64,000 bases of DNA. Origin: Octopus sinensis (taxonomy: Eukaryota). The position numbers and the translations under genes are program-made. The stretch spans positions 154,752,001-154,816,000 of the forward strand of contig NC_042998.1 of NCBI RefSeq assembly GCF_006345805.1, given 5' to 3'. Within the stretch, counting starts at the first letter, position 1, and each line of letters starts with the position of its first letter. This document shows, one piece after another, positions 25,410 to 38,414 of the stretch. A model generated the notes under the pieces. It was not told where the DNA came from. It did not search any database and saw only the letters and a program-made list of their open reading frames with translations.

Positions 25410-25666
25410 TATATATATGTATCTCTTATTATAAAAGCAGATTTTATCTGCCTCCCTTTGGGAGTTATACAAATCTACAATATAGGATTTCTTCAATTAC
25501 AATTTACCTGGCATTTTTAAGAGTACAATGCATCGCGTCATGCCAGGTCCAGTTTTTAAAATTTAAACTCCAATTAAGCAAAATTTACAGAAAACTCACA
25601 TTCTGGTGTGTGTGTGTCAAATGCTTTTCTTAGTCTGGTTTACACCACACGCAAACGCACACACAC
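25165..25666. repeat. Near-perfect palindrome, ~245-bp arms, 12-bp TA spacer
   Basis: 25165-25409 is the reverse complement of 25422-25666 with a few substitutions. Confidence 0.92.
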
Positions 25667-25792
25667 AGTGGGCAACGAATAAAATGAAACTAATTCACTT
25701 ACTGTGGTGAGTGATTCTTTCACTCTGCCTCCCACTTCCTCTTTCCACACATACACACGCAAATATATAAATAAAATTGTAAGCTAACGTGC

Positions 25793-25823
<31 letters not shown>

Positions 25824-26441
25824 TGTGACGGTGCGCGTGTGTGTGTGTGTGACGGTGCGCGTGTGTGTGTGTGTGTGTGTGTGTGCGTGTGCGTGAGTGT
25901 GTGACAGGAAAGTTTTTTTAGACGAATATAACACCTATATCCAAGTAGCAGAAAGATAAGACAGTAAGGTGTGATTTGAGGGAGATTTGGCTGCTATTTC
26001 TACCATGTCTAGCTGCCATGTAGGGGTCTCCCTCATAGGCTCATACATACATATATACATAGATAAGACAGTAAGGTGTGATTTGGGGGAAATTTGCTGC
26101 TATTTCTACCAGGTCTAGCTACCATGTAGAGGTCCCCCTCAATTCTTTTATTCTTCTGCTTTTTCCAGCCATTGCTCTGTGGCCATGCTGGGGCAATGCC
26201 TTGAAGAATTGTAGTTTAATGAATCAACTCCAGTTTTATTTTGTAAGCATAGTACTTATTCTATCTGTTTCCTTTGTCAAACCACTAGGTGACAGGGATG
26301 TAAACAAACCAACATTCGTTGTCAAGCAGTGGTGGAGGACAATCACAAGCACAGACACGCACACACACACACACATACATGCATACACATATACACACAT
26401 ACATACATACATACATATATATATATGTGTGTATATATATA

Positions 26442-26765
26442 TTGCAGCGTGGAAGGTGTTTGTAAGCCATTTAAGAAACACACAAAAACCGTTACATTCA
26501 CTTCAACATTTAAATTTAATTTGCCAAAATATTTTCGTCGCTTTGAGACCGCGACCTGTTCACTGACAAAAATATCGTGCTAACAGGTCGCGGTCTCAAA
26601 GCGACGAAAATATTTTGACAAATTAAATTTAAATGTTGAAGTGAATCTAACGGTTTTTGTGGTGTTTTCTTAAATGGCTCATAAACACCTTCAACGCTGC
26701 AACTGTTTTCGTTCCAGCACACGATCTCAGATCAAGTCACTTGCTATGCAAGTACATCTCTGTAA
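26442..26765. repeat. Foldback of a Penelope pLTR-like repeat (family C), ~120-bp arms, 22-bp spacer
   Basis: 26442-26559 is the reverse complement of 26582-26703. Confidence 0.85.
26520..26570 (-). ncRNA. Type I hammerhead fold with a G3-C8 swapped core
   Basis: UUUGUCA GUGAACA G GUCGC-GGUCUCAAA-GCGAC GAA AAUAUU U UGGCAAA. Confidence 0.65.
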
Positions 26766-26867
26766 CTATATATATATTTATATATATATATATATGTATA
26801 TTGTAAAAAAACAGTAAGATAACAAAAAAGAAAGAAAGAGACCTCAATATTATGTAAATAGAGGAAA

Positions 26868-27259
26868 TCTTTATATATAAAAGTGAGGTTGTGTGTCTGT
26901 CTCCTACGATTTAGATCCTAACTACTCCCACATTTTGCGGTGCAGTTTAACCAAACCGGGTATCTTATAGTCGTGATTCATATCGAGACCGTCTGGGTAT
27001 TAGCGCGCGTCTACGATGAGTCTACGATTTAAAAAAAAAATTACCATCAATTTTCCCATTTTAAATCCATTTTGGACATATATAAGGGAAGTAACTCTCT
27101 AAAATTTATTATTAAATCTCAGAACGTTAAAAGCTACAGTAACACCCCTCCCCCTTTGTGGTTAGCCATATTGAGATGGCTATTATACTTTACATCTCTA
27201 AAAATGCTTATATAATTATTTCCCTTACAAACCCGAGCAACGCCGGGCGATACTGCTAG
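26868..27259 (+). mobile_element. Complete 392-bp non-autonomous Helitron
   Basis: A|TCTTTATATATAAAAG ... CCCGAGCAACGCCGGG ... CTAG|T. It is inserted at an AT site of a family D repeat; the empty site is visible at ~28990. Confidence 0.85.
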
Positions 27260-27325
27260 TGTATATATATATGTATGTATGTATATATATATGTATATGT
27301 ATATATATGTATATGTAATATATAT

Positions 27326-27359
<34 letters not shown>

Positions 27360-27799
27360 ATATATATCTATATTATATACAATAATATGTTACATTACTC
27401 GATAGTCAAGATAAAACTATGAGTTTCAGATGCCGAAGTGGAAATCCACAACACCATCTATATCTATATATATATGAATTAGAAAAAACACCTTTTATCG
27501 ATTCAAAATGAACAATCAAATTACACCATCAAGAAAATTACATATAATAGAAATATTAAAATAACAATAACATACCAATGATTAAGTAAATTGCAAAAAA
27601 ATAATAAAAACGTATATAATTGGTAGAATAACGACACGTGTTTCGTGGCTATATTTAAGAAATGATTATAGTAAAAGAATTAATAGTAGTAGTAAAATCA
27701 CTTCGATATAAATATAGCCACTCATCAGGTTAATAATAAACTAGAATAATAAATAAATTAATTAATAAATATACTTTAATATACAAATATATATTTTTT

Positions 27800-28787
27800 C
27801 TTTTTTCAGCTCAGAGCTGCAGCCATGCTGATGCACCGCCGTTTTTCTGCTACACTGTTGTTACGAAGAACCTCCTCTAATATGTGGCACTTGGTGAAGA
27901 ATGGAGTTTGATAAAGCTACTCTCATTTGCACCTCTTGCCATGAGGTAGGTTCATCAGGGACTCTCGAAAGGAAGATGTCCAGCTTTGATTTAAAAACCG
28001 CTACATCTCCTTTGTGCAAGTTCCTCAGACTCTTTGGGGAATACTAAAAAGCTGTGGGCCCTTGAAACCCAGGCTGTGTAGAAGCTGGTCCTGAAGCGTG
28101 ATGGCATGCTGGGATCTTGGCACTATGCAGTGTCGTCCGTTCTAGCATTGGTGTAGCTTACAATGCCAAAATTTGGTACAATTCTTTCCAGGATCTTCCA
28201 GACATATATTACTGCATACCTCTCCCGTCTTCTCTCCAGGGAGTAGAGTCTTAGCTGTTTCAACCTTTCCCAGTAGCTGAGCTGTTGCAAAGAGACAATC
28301 TTCTTTGTGAATTTTCTCTGGATTGCTTCAAGGTCCGCTGTTAATGTCACACTGGTGGGTGACCATAGCTGTGAGCAGTAATCCAGGCGGCTGAGGACGA
28401 ATGTCCGCCAGAGGACCATCATGGTTTCCTTATCTCTGGTTCTGAATGTTTTTAGGATCCATCCAGCCAGTCGTCTGCACTTTGTCGCCATCCTGGTAAT
28501 GTGCACTTGGAAAGAGGTATCCTCACTCATGTCGATACCCAGGTCCCTCACAGACTTAGGCTCTGGGATTGAAATTCCCTGTGGACCGGTGTATCCTGTA
28601 AGTTTAATATTCAGTTTTGGATGCTGGTAACGCAGGGCCTGGAATTTTTCAGCATTAAACTGCATATTATTATCCTCAGCCCATCTGTAGATTGAGTCCA
28701 ACTCCTGCTACAGGTGTGCAACATCGCTGGGGTTCTGTATTTTCTGCGAGACTTTTGTATCGTCTGCATAGCTTGCCAAAGTGGCGC
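27800..28787 (-). mobile_element. CR1-clade LINE 3' part (RT C-half and 3' tail)
   Basis: SYADDTKV..; ORF 28123-28701 NNMQFNAEKF..SVRDLGI..LDYCSQLWSP..LYSLERRRER; GGCGGTGCATCAGCATGGCTGCAG tail, shared with SINEs. Confidence 0.9.
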
Positions 28788-28965
28788 TCCAGAAATAAGA
28801 CGGCGGATAGTACTAGGCAGAGAGGCAATGGTCAGCATGAGCAGGGTCTCGAAGAGTAGAGACATCAGACTCGCTACCAAATGCAGATTGGTGAATGCAA
28901 TTGTCTTCCCAATAGCAACATATGGATGCGAGACCTGGACACTAAAGAAAGCTGACCAGAAGAGA
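28788..28965 (+). mobile_element. 180-bp RTE fragment nearly identical to 32910-33090
   Basis: PEIRRRIVLGREAMVSMSRV...TLKKADQKR. Confidence 0.85.
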
Positions 28966-29580
28966 GACCTCAATATTATGTAAATAGAGGAAATTTATCT
29001 ATAAAATAATATGTTACAAATACTATTGAAGTCAAGATAAAACTCTGAGTTTCAGATGCCGAAGTGGAAATCCACAACACCATCTCTTCGGTTATCTGGC
29101 CATCTGAAAAACGCTATGAAAAAATACCGTTTTATGAAGGGAAATTACTGTGTTATAATTCTGCTACTTATATAAAATATACTTCCTAATGTTTTTTTCT
29201 GTTACCTTTAACCATGGTTTTTCTAGTGCTTGTGCGTATATAGACGTATGTATGAACTTTTACGGTACGTGTGTGTGTGTATGAGTTTGTATATATTTGG
29301 CGAAAAATGCGAGTGAAGATGTGTACGTTTTCATAGTGACGTATAAGTACGCACGTGGGTCCGCGAGCGCACATGTGAGCGTATGACTAGCCATGTTTTA
29401 CGTGAACTTTTACGTGAACTTTTAATCTTATTTTATATAAGTAGCAGAATTATAACACAGTAATTTCCCTTTATATAACGGTATTTTTTCATAGCGTTTT
29501 TCAGATGGCCAGATAACCGAAGAGATGGTGTGGATTTCCACTTCGGCATCTGAAACTCAGAGTTTTATCTTCACTATTGA
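28960..29580. repeat. Family D repeat with inverted ~170-bp arms, each carrying a hammerhead (29035-29097 minus; 29511-29570 plus)
   Basis: AGAUAA CCGAAGA GAUG..CAUC U GAA ACUC-A-GAGU U UUAUCU in both arms. Confidence 0.75.
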
Positions 29581-30198
29581 GTAATTGGAATATATTATTT
29601 TATATATATATATATATATACATACATATTTAATATATAAATCTAAATAAATAGATATAAGAATTAATATCTATCGTAACTTATATCTATCATTAAATAT
29701 AAAAATGATATAACGGCAAGAATTATTTGCTAATGGAAAGTAAGAAACCAGTCCACTACAAATCCAGTCAATAACAATAATAATAATAACGATCAAACTA
29801 AAAATAATACAAGATCCAAATAATATTGATAAACAAACTATGTTACTAAGTTCAACGATTAAATTAATCTATCTGGATTTTAAATGTATTATGTTTTAGC
29901 GTCTAATTAATATATCCAATGCTATTACTAGTCATGAATAATACAATCAAAAATTGGAAATAGTTCAAATATACACAAATCCATTATATAATCTAATTAT
30001 ATTATTAATATCTATAGATTTAATATTTCACACGATAATAAAGTTAATCATAAAATTGATATTAAAATTAAAATAAAAAACTAGTTTACTTAAATGTAAT
30101 ACTACTTAGTAAAAACATTATCTAATTATTATAAAATATATAGTCTAACGAAACTAATTCTCAAATTCCTATATAAAAATTAAAAGATATATCTAATA

Positions 30199-31108
30199 TC
30201 AAATGTAAAAATTAACTATCAAGAAACTACAAGGCTTGTGGCATATCATACCATGATCCACCTTGTCAAAAGCTTTTGCAAAATCAAGGTATATTATGTC
30301 CACGTTTGAGTTGTTGAGTAACTGCCTCAACACCCAGTCATAATGTTGTAAGAGCTGGGTCAGGCAGCTCCTACCTGGTCGAAAACCATGCTGGGTATCA
30401 CTCAGCAAGTTATTTTCTTCAAGAAATACGATTTGTTTCCCTCTGACTATCCGATCCATGACTTTGCTGATGTGTGAAGTCAGAGAGATAGGCCTATAAT
30501 TGTTGGCATCTGCTCAACTTCCCCCTTTATGTATTGGGCATATTATTCCCTCTTTCAGCTTGCTTGACAGTTTGCCATTTGTAAGAACGCTCTGGAAGAG
30601 AATTTGGAGGGGTTTTGCCAGGGCATGCGTACACGCTTTGAGGAGGATTGCTGGGAAACCAGCAGTGGAGTTTGTGTCCACTTCATCTATGGCTAGTAGT
30701 ATATCTTCTTCGCTAATGTCAGTGTATTCCATTGTAACTGCCTCGCTGGTTATAGGTGAGGCGGCAAAGAAGTCCACTGGTTCGTTCACTTGTCTGTGTT
30801 CCAACGGGGTGGTAAAGACACTTTTGAACTGGTCATTCAGTATCTCACTGATCTTAGTTGGACTATCTGTGAGGGCGCCATCCTTTTGGAGGAGGAGTCC
30901 TATCTTGTAGTGTACTGAGAGAAAGAAGGCCTTTGGGTTTGACGTAATGTTTTTTATAACCCAGGCTTCTTTGTCTGCTTTCTCCCTCACATAGGATTGT
31001 GGCAGCCTTTTTTCGATCCCCATCACTGTTGTTTTTAGGCGGGACTTTTCGCTACTTTTGGGATGTTGGTTGAGTCGATTTGCAACCTTCGTCCATCGTC
31101 TTATATAT

Positions 31109-31110
<2 letters not shown>
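30199..31110 (-). mobile_element. CR1-clade LINE ORF2 middle fragment (same type as 27.8-28.8 kb)
   Basis: NPKAFF..LNDQFKSVFT..PIHKGGS; QHGFRPGRSCLTQLL..IYLDFAKAFDKVDH. Confidence 0.9.
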
Positions 31111-31139
<29 letters not shown>

Positions 31140-31140
31140 G

Positions 31141-31208
<68 letters not shown>

Positions 31209-31219
31209 ATATACATACA

Positions 31220-31276
<57 letters not shown>

Positions 31277-31286
31277 AATATATATA

Positions 31287-31320
<34 letters not shown>

Positions 31321-31406
31321 CATATATATATATACATACATATATATATATATATACATACATACATATATACATACATATAATATAACATACACATATG
31401 TATATA

Positions 31407-31444
<38 letters not shown>

Positions 31445-31469
31445 CACACACACATAATATACATATATA

Positions 31470-33465
31470 GAGTATATTGGCCAGGTCTTTCCCCGGCCAG
31501 AGCCGTTTAGCCAGCATACTTACCATATGCCGTTGCCACCTCCAGCACCACGGTGAGGAGAACGGTTGGAAACGTTGAAACAGCAGAGAAACATGTACTG
31601 TACAAGAAACCCATACGATCAGCAAAGTGGATTTCGGAGGAGACTATTGCAATAGCAGAAGAAAGTAGGAGAGCAAAGATGACCAGAAGCAGGGATGAAG
31701 TGCGGCGCCTGAATGCAATGTTCCAACAGGCCGCCAGGAAGGACAAAGAGAAATACTAGAATGAGGAATGTGCAAGGGTAGAGGAGGCATACAGAAAAGG
31801 GAACATGAGAGAACTTTACCAACATATAAAGAAGACCCGTAAAGCTTTCATGGCCAGACAAGCAACCATCCGAGGGAGTAATGGTGAAGAACTCCATGAC
31901 CAAGAAGGGATCAGGAAAATATGGAAAGAGTACACTGAACAGCTGTATGCAGGGAACAACCTCGATGAACAGGCAGAAGAGAAGCCACTGGAATGGAACT
32001 GGAGCCAGACATCCTGGAGGATGGATGTGGTGTATGGGCAATGAAAACAGCGGCCAACCGAAAGCCCAGGTACTGATGGTATCCACTAGATGGTATTCCA
32101 AGTCAATACCAACAAAAACACTAACATCGCTTTGCCAATGAATATGGAGAACCTGTAAGTGGCCAAGGGAATGGAAGAGGTCAGTTTTCATTCCAATACT
32201 AAAGGAAAGAGATACAAAGTACTGCGCAAACTACTGTATCATCACCCTGATCCCCCATGTAAGCAAAATTATCCTTAAAATCATCCAGAAGCGCCTGAAC
32301 ACAACTATTGAGAGAGAATTGCCAGAGGTGCAAGCTGGTTTCAGAAAGGGAAGAGGCAAGAGAATACCAAAAGAAGCTGTATATGTGTTTCATCGGTTAC
32401 TCCAAAGCCGTTGACAGTATTGATCATGACAAGTTATGGAAATGTCTGGAGGAAATGGGAACACCTTTACACCTTGTCCAGCTATCAAAACCAAGAGGCT
32501 ACTGTACAGACACCATATGGCGACACTGATTGGTTTGAGATTGGAAAAGGCACTCGGCAAGGTTGCATCCTGTCACCAGCAGCCTTCAACATGTACGCTG
32601 AAAAGGTCATGAGGAATGCAGGCCTGGAGGATAGCAGCATTGGAGTAAGGATTGGAGGAAGAAATATTAATAACCTCCGCTATGCAGATGATATAACCCA
32701 GCTGGCGGAGAGTGGTAAGGATCTGGAGGATCTTGCACTGCTGGTTAAGAAAGAGAGTGAGAAATTTGGGCTGTACCTCAATGTTAAGAAAACGAAGATC
32801 ATGTCAACAGCAGCCACAACAAACATCAGCATCAAGATCGATAATGAAGAGATCGAAGTGGTTGATGATTTCATCTTCCTTGGCTCCAAAATAAATCGAA
32901 ATGGTGACTGCACTCCAGAAATAAGATGGCGGATAGTACTAGGCAGAGAGGCAATGGTCAGCATGAGCAGGGTCTGGAAGAGTAGAGACATCAGACTCGC
33001 TACCAAATGCAGATTGGTGAATGCAATTGTCTTCCCAATAGCAACATATGGATGCGAGACCTGGACACTAAAGAAAGCTGACCAGAAGAGAATTAATGCA
33101 TTCGGGCTTTGGTGTTGGAGAAGACTTTTACAGATTCCATGGACAGCGAGACTCACGAATGGAGAAGTTCTTAAGCAGATCAGGCCGACAATGTCACTAG
33201 AAGCTAGGATCACCAAGCATAGATTGGCATATTTCGGTCATACTATGCGGAGAAAATCCCTGGAGAAGGACATCATGCTCAGAATGGTCAGTGGCAAGAG
33301 AGGAAGAGGCCGACCAAGAACCCGCTGGATTGACACCATCAAGAGTGATACCGGAATGGACATAGCCAATCTGAAAGAAGCGGCCCAGGAGAGAACTGAC
33401 TGGAGGACACTGATCCAACGAGTAACCGAGAGTCGACTTCAACTGAGCGGTTAGATAGATATACA
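31470..33465 (+). mobile_element. 5'-truncated RTE (BovB-like) LINE
   Basis: ORF 32411-33454 GTRQGCILSP..NNLRYADD..YGCETWT; frameshifted upstream pieces; ends RLQLSG* + (TAGA)n. Confidence 0.93.
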
Positions 33466-33559
33466 TATCTTCGTCTTTTGTTTATTTCCGTAAACCTGCC
33501 TTCGTCTTTTGTTTATTTTCATAAAGCTTCCCGTTATATATATATATAATATATATATA

Positions 33560-35885
33560 TATATCTATAATATATAATAGATAAGATAAAGTTTGTTTGG
33601 TAAAGCACGTGGGTGAATATATAGAAAATATAGTAAAGTGTGAAAAAAAAGACAGAAGGCTTAAATGTTAAAAAATATTATATATTTGTGTCAAAATGTC
33701 TGGAGAATATTGAAAAATTTTTTTCCTTTCCTTAAAATGACATAATTTTAAAATTTTTAAAGAAATTACCGGTTTCGCGTGTAGCTTTTCAAATTCTTGT
33801 GACGTTATGTTTATATTGTATGAATTATCGTTGTTTTTATTTCCAGGAGATTTCTAAATAAGGGGAGGTAGTGAGTGATTTTTTCCGGTGTAGGGGAGAT
33901 ATCGCTTAAAAAATTTTTTTTCCCATTTCCTTGTTAATATCTCTTGTGTCAGTATGTCGGATGGTTGAGTCTGGGGTTGTACTTTTCAATGAAGAATGTT
34001 TCCTTGTTCAGTCTCATTTGTGTTGATGATCGAAAGCACATTGGTAAAAATGGGAAGATTAAAAATTGTGGCAGTAGTTGCTTTGCGCATTTCTCGATGT
34101 GCTCACTAAAGGTATCATTCTATATTCTGGGAATGCAATCTGTTGTCGATGCAGTGTGCATCTGCGCCTGAGTGATAGTCCCGTGGAACCCACGTAGTCT
34201 TGGTGGCAGCCCGAGCATTTAATAACATAAATTATGTTTTCAGAGGCACAAGTAAAGTTAGATTTGATCTTAAATTTCTGTCCCCTTTTAAAGAAGAATT
34301 CTGATCCTTCCAATAGGTTAGGACATGTTGCACAGTTCGATCTACCACATTTTTTAACTTTTGCATCCGTAATTTTAGAAGACAATTTTGCCTTTGTGAG
34401 AATCTTTTTAAGTGTTTAGGCTGTTTGTAGCTTTTAATGATTGGTGGTATGTTTAGAATTTCCTTAATTTTGGGTTTTTATGAAGTATTGGTAAATTCTG
34501 GGTGATGATGTGAAGGCTTCTTTGTTTCTGGGGTTGTATGTAGATATGTAAGGTAGTATTTTCGGGGAAGGTGTGTTGTTGTGTTGAACTTTCTTAAAGT
34601 TTCTATGTTGATTTCTGTTGCACGTCTGATCCCATCCTCTATGAGTTGAGCGGGTAATGTCTGTCAATTAGGGTGTTTTTGAGTTCTTGCAGTCTAAAGT
34701 TCCTGGTATTTTGTTCTGACACTTATTGTCTGCTAAAACACAAGACAAACGCAAGAAACACTATGTCAAGCAACATCCACATACAAGAAGTTCGAAACAA
34801 AAATATTTCCCCATACAGAAATTTTACACAAACCACAAGCATTACCAACCATAGATTTCCACACACACCAAACGATCGGAGGCAAACAATACCACCACTC
34901 CCCCGACCAATACACACAAACCTCACAGACAACTCATACAAAACAAAATTACAAACCCAACATTTTTTAGCCCAGGGACCAGGGACACCAGGACACAGGC
35001 CTGGAACCTAGTAATTAAGGAAAAAACGAAGATAATCAATCTTTCAACCAAACCTCTTTCTAACATAAAAATTGACATCCTCGCAAAAGGGCTCAAATTA
35101 CACCAAACTCCACGCAGAGCAAACCTAAATGAACTCAAGGATAAATATAAGAATTTTGCAGAAAATTAAGACTAGCAGAAGCATCAAACAGTTTCAATAC
35201 TGAAGATGAATCACTTGTCAAGAACAAACGTGAAAACATCCACACAGAAGAAGACTTGGACGATTCTAGACGATTGTTTCATTCTCTGGATGAAAAACAT
35301 AGATAAACTCCTAAATTAAAAACCTATTGAACAGCATAAACCCAAATATACAGTTCACAATGGAATACAACCAAAAAGGAGCTCCGTTCTTGGATATAAA
35401 TAAAAAAATTAACCTAAAATAGAAAAAGACATTTTTACAAGGCACAGACGCCAAACAATACCTTCTTTTTAATTCATGCCACCCAAGACACACTAAAACA
35501 AACATCCCCTTCAACTGCAAGAAGGATAGCACAATAGTGTCCGGAACAAATACCGGAACTTTAGACTGCAAGAACTCAAAAACACCCTAATTGACAGACA
35601 TTACCCGTCAACTCATAGAGGATGGGATCAGGGCGTGCTGCAACAGAAAATCAACATAGACACTTTAAGAAAAGTTCAACACAACAACAACACCTTCCCC
35701 GAAAATACTACCTTACATATCTACATAAACCCCAGAAACAAAGAAGCTTCACCATCATCACCCAAGAATTTCCAATACTTCATAAAAACCCCAAATTAAA
35801 GGAAAATTCTAAACATTACACCAATCATTAAAAGCTACAAACAGCCTAAATCACTTAAAAGATTCTCAAAAGCAAAAATTGTCTA
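33560..35885. mobile_element. Penelope-like element, internally deleted and inverted
   Basis: GIY-YIG ORF 34059-34385 (-) CGRSNCATC..IYVIKC..YVGSTG. N-terminal IINLSTKPLS..KGLK and RT C-terminal GAPFLDI..NSCHP lie on +. 34385-34672 is the reverse complement of 35590-35885. Confidence 0.88.
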
Positions 35886-36207
35886 TATATAGGTTATAAA
35901 ATGAGATAGGGTTTGAAAATTCAACCCACCATGGGATAATAATATCCAATATACTGCCAGATAGGTACCCAACAAGATTAATACATAGATGTTAAAAATT
36001 GTCAAACAATCAGTTCATCTATTGTATTATATGGGTAAAGGTAATAATATTACCGTAAATTAATACTACAAAATTAGAGAATGGAGAAACATACTTAAAT
36101 CAATAAAACATCAACTATCCGATGATACCCAATCAATACTTTAATACACCATTACATATGAGTAAAGGCATTATACAAATGAGATATACAGTAATGTAAA
36201 AAGATAA

Positions 36208-36253
<46 letters not shown>

Positions 36254-36293
36254 TATATATATACATACATATATATATATATATAATATATAT

Positions 36294-36373
<80 letters not shown>

Positions 36374-37280
36374 TATATAGGTTATCCGTAATAATGAAGG
36401 GTGAAATTAATTAATTTGGAATAATTATCAATTACACCAAGTAGTCTTCGGCATGTAAAAGCCTCATTCGAGGAAAATTTAAGTATACTAAGCAATAAGG
36501 ATTTAGCAACGAATTGCCTTACCACATAACCGAATTTAGAAATAGCAGTCAAAGAGTTATAGCTATTTCTTCTACTAAAAAGGAGATCTCAGTAAAGACA
36601 GCAATTGGAAGGCAGACACAAACAGGTAAGAGAGAATGATTGACGGCAATCTATCATACATTTTTAAGTTATCTACGTACGTACGTTTCGAAATCAAAGT
36701 TTTTAGGAAAGCATAAGAATTAAATATTAAATATTAAATAATTCTATCTTACCGAAACTTCTTTTCCTTCAGCGTAGAATACTATAATCATAAAGGATTA
36801 TATATTGAATTTTGAGATACTAGAAGGCACCAACTCAACTCAGTATCAGAGCGAGCTAGAATCCGCAACTAGTATCACCAAACTCAATGTGTGAATGAAA
36901 CGATTGTGTCACCAGCCCCTTCCCACCCGCGTGTAGCCAACAAGATGCTGTGGTCATCTACTGAGATAAAATATGGTTATCCGTAATAATGAAGGGTGAA
37001 ATTAATTAATTTGGAATAATTATCAATTACACCAAGTAGTCTTCGGCATGTAAAAGCCTCATTCGAGGAAAATTTAAGTAATACTAAGCAATAAAGGGTT
37101 TAGCAACGAATTGCCTTACCACATACCGAATTTAGAAATAGCAGTCAAAGAGTTATAGCTATTTCTTCTACTAAAAAGGGAGATCTCAGTAAAGACAGCA
37201 ATTGGAAGGCAGACACAAACAGGTAAGAGAGAATGAATTGACGGCAATCTATCAGAGCTCTATCATACATTTTAAAGTTA

Positions 37281-37387
37281 TCTACGTACGTACGTTTCGA
37301 AATCAAGTTTTTAGGAAAGCATAAGAATTAAATATTAAATATTAAATAATTCTATCTTACCGAAACTTCTTTTCTCTTCAGCGTAGA
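37281..37387 (-). ncRNA. Type I hammerhead ribozyme (family B, intact)
   Basis: UCUACG CUGAAGA GAAA..UUUC GAA ACGUACGU A CGUAGA. The copy at 36672-36778 lacks A9. Confidence 0.85.
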
Positions 37388-37943
37388 ATACTATAATCAT
37401 AAAGGATTATATATTGAATTTTGAGATACTAGAAGGCACCAACTCAACTCAGTATCAGAGCGAGCTCTGATTGATTGCCGTCAATTCATTCTCTCTTACC
37501 TGTTTGTGTCTGCCTTCCAATTGCTGTCTTTACTGAGATCTCCCTTTTTAGTAGAAGAAATAGCTATAACTCTTTGACTGCTATTTCTAAATTCGGTATG
37601 TGGTAAGGCAATTCGTTGCTAAACCCTTTATTGCTTAGTATTACTTAAATTTTCCTCGAATGAGGCTTTTACATGCCGAAGACTACTTGGTGTAATTGAT
37701 AATTATTCCAAATTAATTAATTTCACCCTTCATTATTACGGATAACCATATTTTATCTCAGTAGATGACCACAGCATCTTGTTTTGGCTACACGCGGGTG
37801 GGAAGGGGCTGGTGACACAATCGTTCATTCACACATTAGTTTGGTGATACTAGTTGCGGATTCTAGCTCGCTCTGATACTGAGTTGAGTTGGTGCCTTCT
37901 AGTATCTCAAAATTCAATATATAATCCTTTATGATTATAGTAT

Positions 37944-38048
37944 TCTACGCTGAAGAGAAAAGAAGTTTCGGTAAGATAGAATTATTAATATTTAATATTT
38001 AATTCTTATGCTTTCCTAAAACTTGATTTCGAAACGTACGTACGTAGA
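37944..38048 (+). ncRNA. Type I hammerhead ribozyme (family B, intact)
   Basis: TCTACG CTGAAGA GAAA...TTTC GAAACGTACGT A CGTAGA; cleavage predicted after 38042. Confidence 0.85.
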
Positions 38049-38414
38049 TAACTTAAAATGTATGATAGTAGAAGAGAATAGCTATAACTCTTTGACTGCT
38101 ATTTCTAAAATTCGGTATGTGGTAAGGCAATTCGTTGCTAAACCCTTTATTGCTTAGTATATATATATATAATATAAATATATATATATATATATATATA
38201 ATATATATATAATATAAATAATATATATATAATATAATTATATATATATATATATATATTAGATATATATACATATATATACACATATATATACATATAT
38301 ATATATACCATATATATATATACGAAAAATATATAGTCTAATGACTAATTCGTTTTTGTGCGAGCCACTGGTAATAATAATTATTTTATTACCCTATTTG
38401 ATTATGTATATATA

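Larger units (their letters stand above)
36380..38160. repeat. Family B array: two tandem ~600-bp units, one inverted unit and a partial unit
   Basis: GTTATCCGTAATAATGAAGGG recurs at ~36381 and ~36977; inversion at ~37465. Confidence 0.92.

Noticed and set aside
33760-33865. GAAACCGGTA-ATTTC on the minus strand downstream of the Penelope GIY-YIG
   Set aside because: Stem III and stem I fit, but the core reads CTCCTGG; at best a dead remnant.
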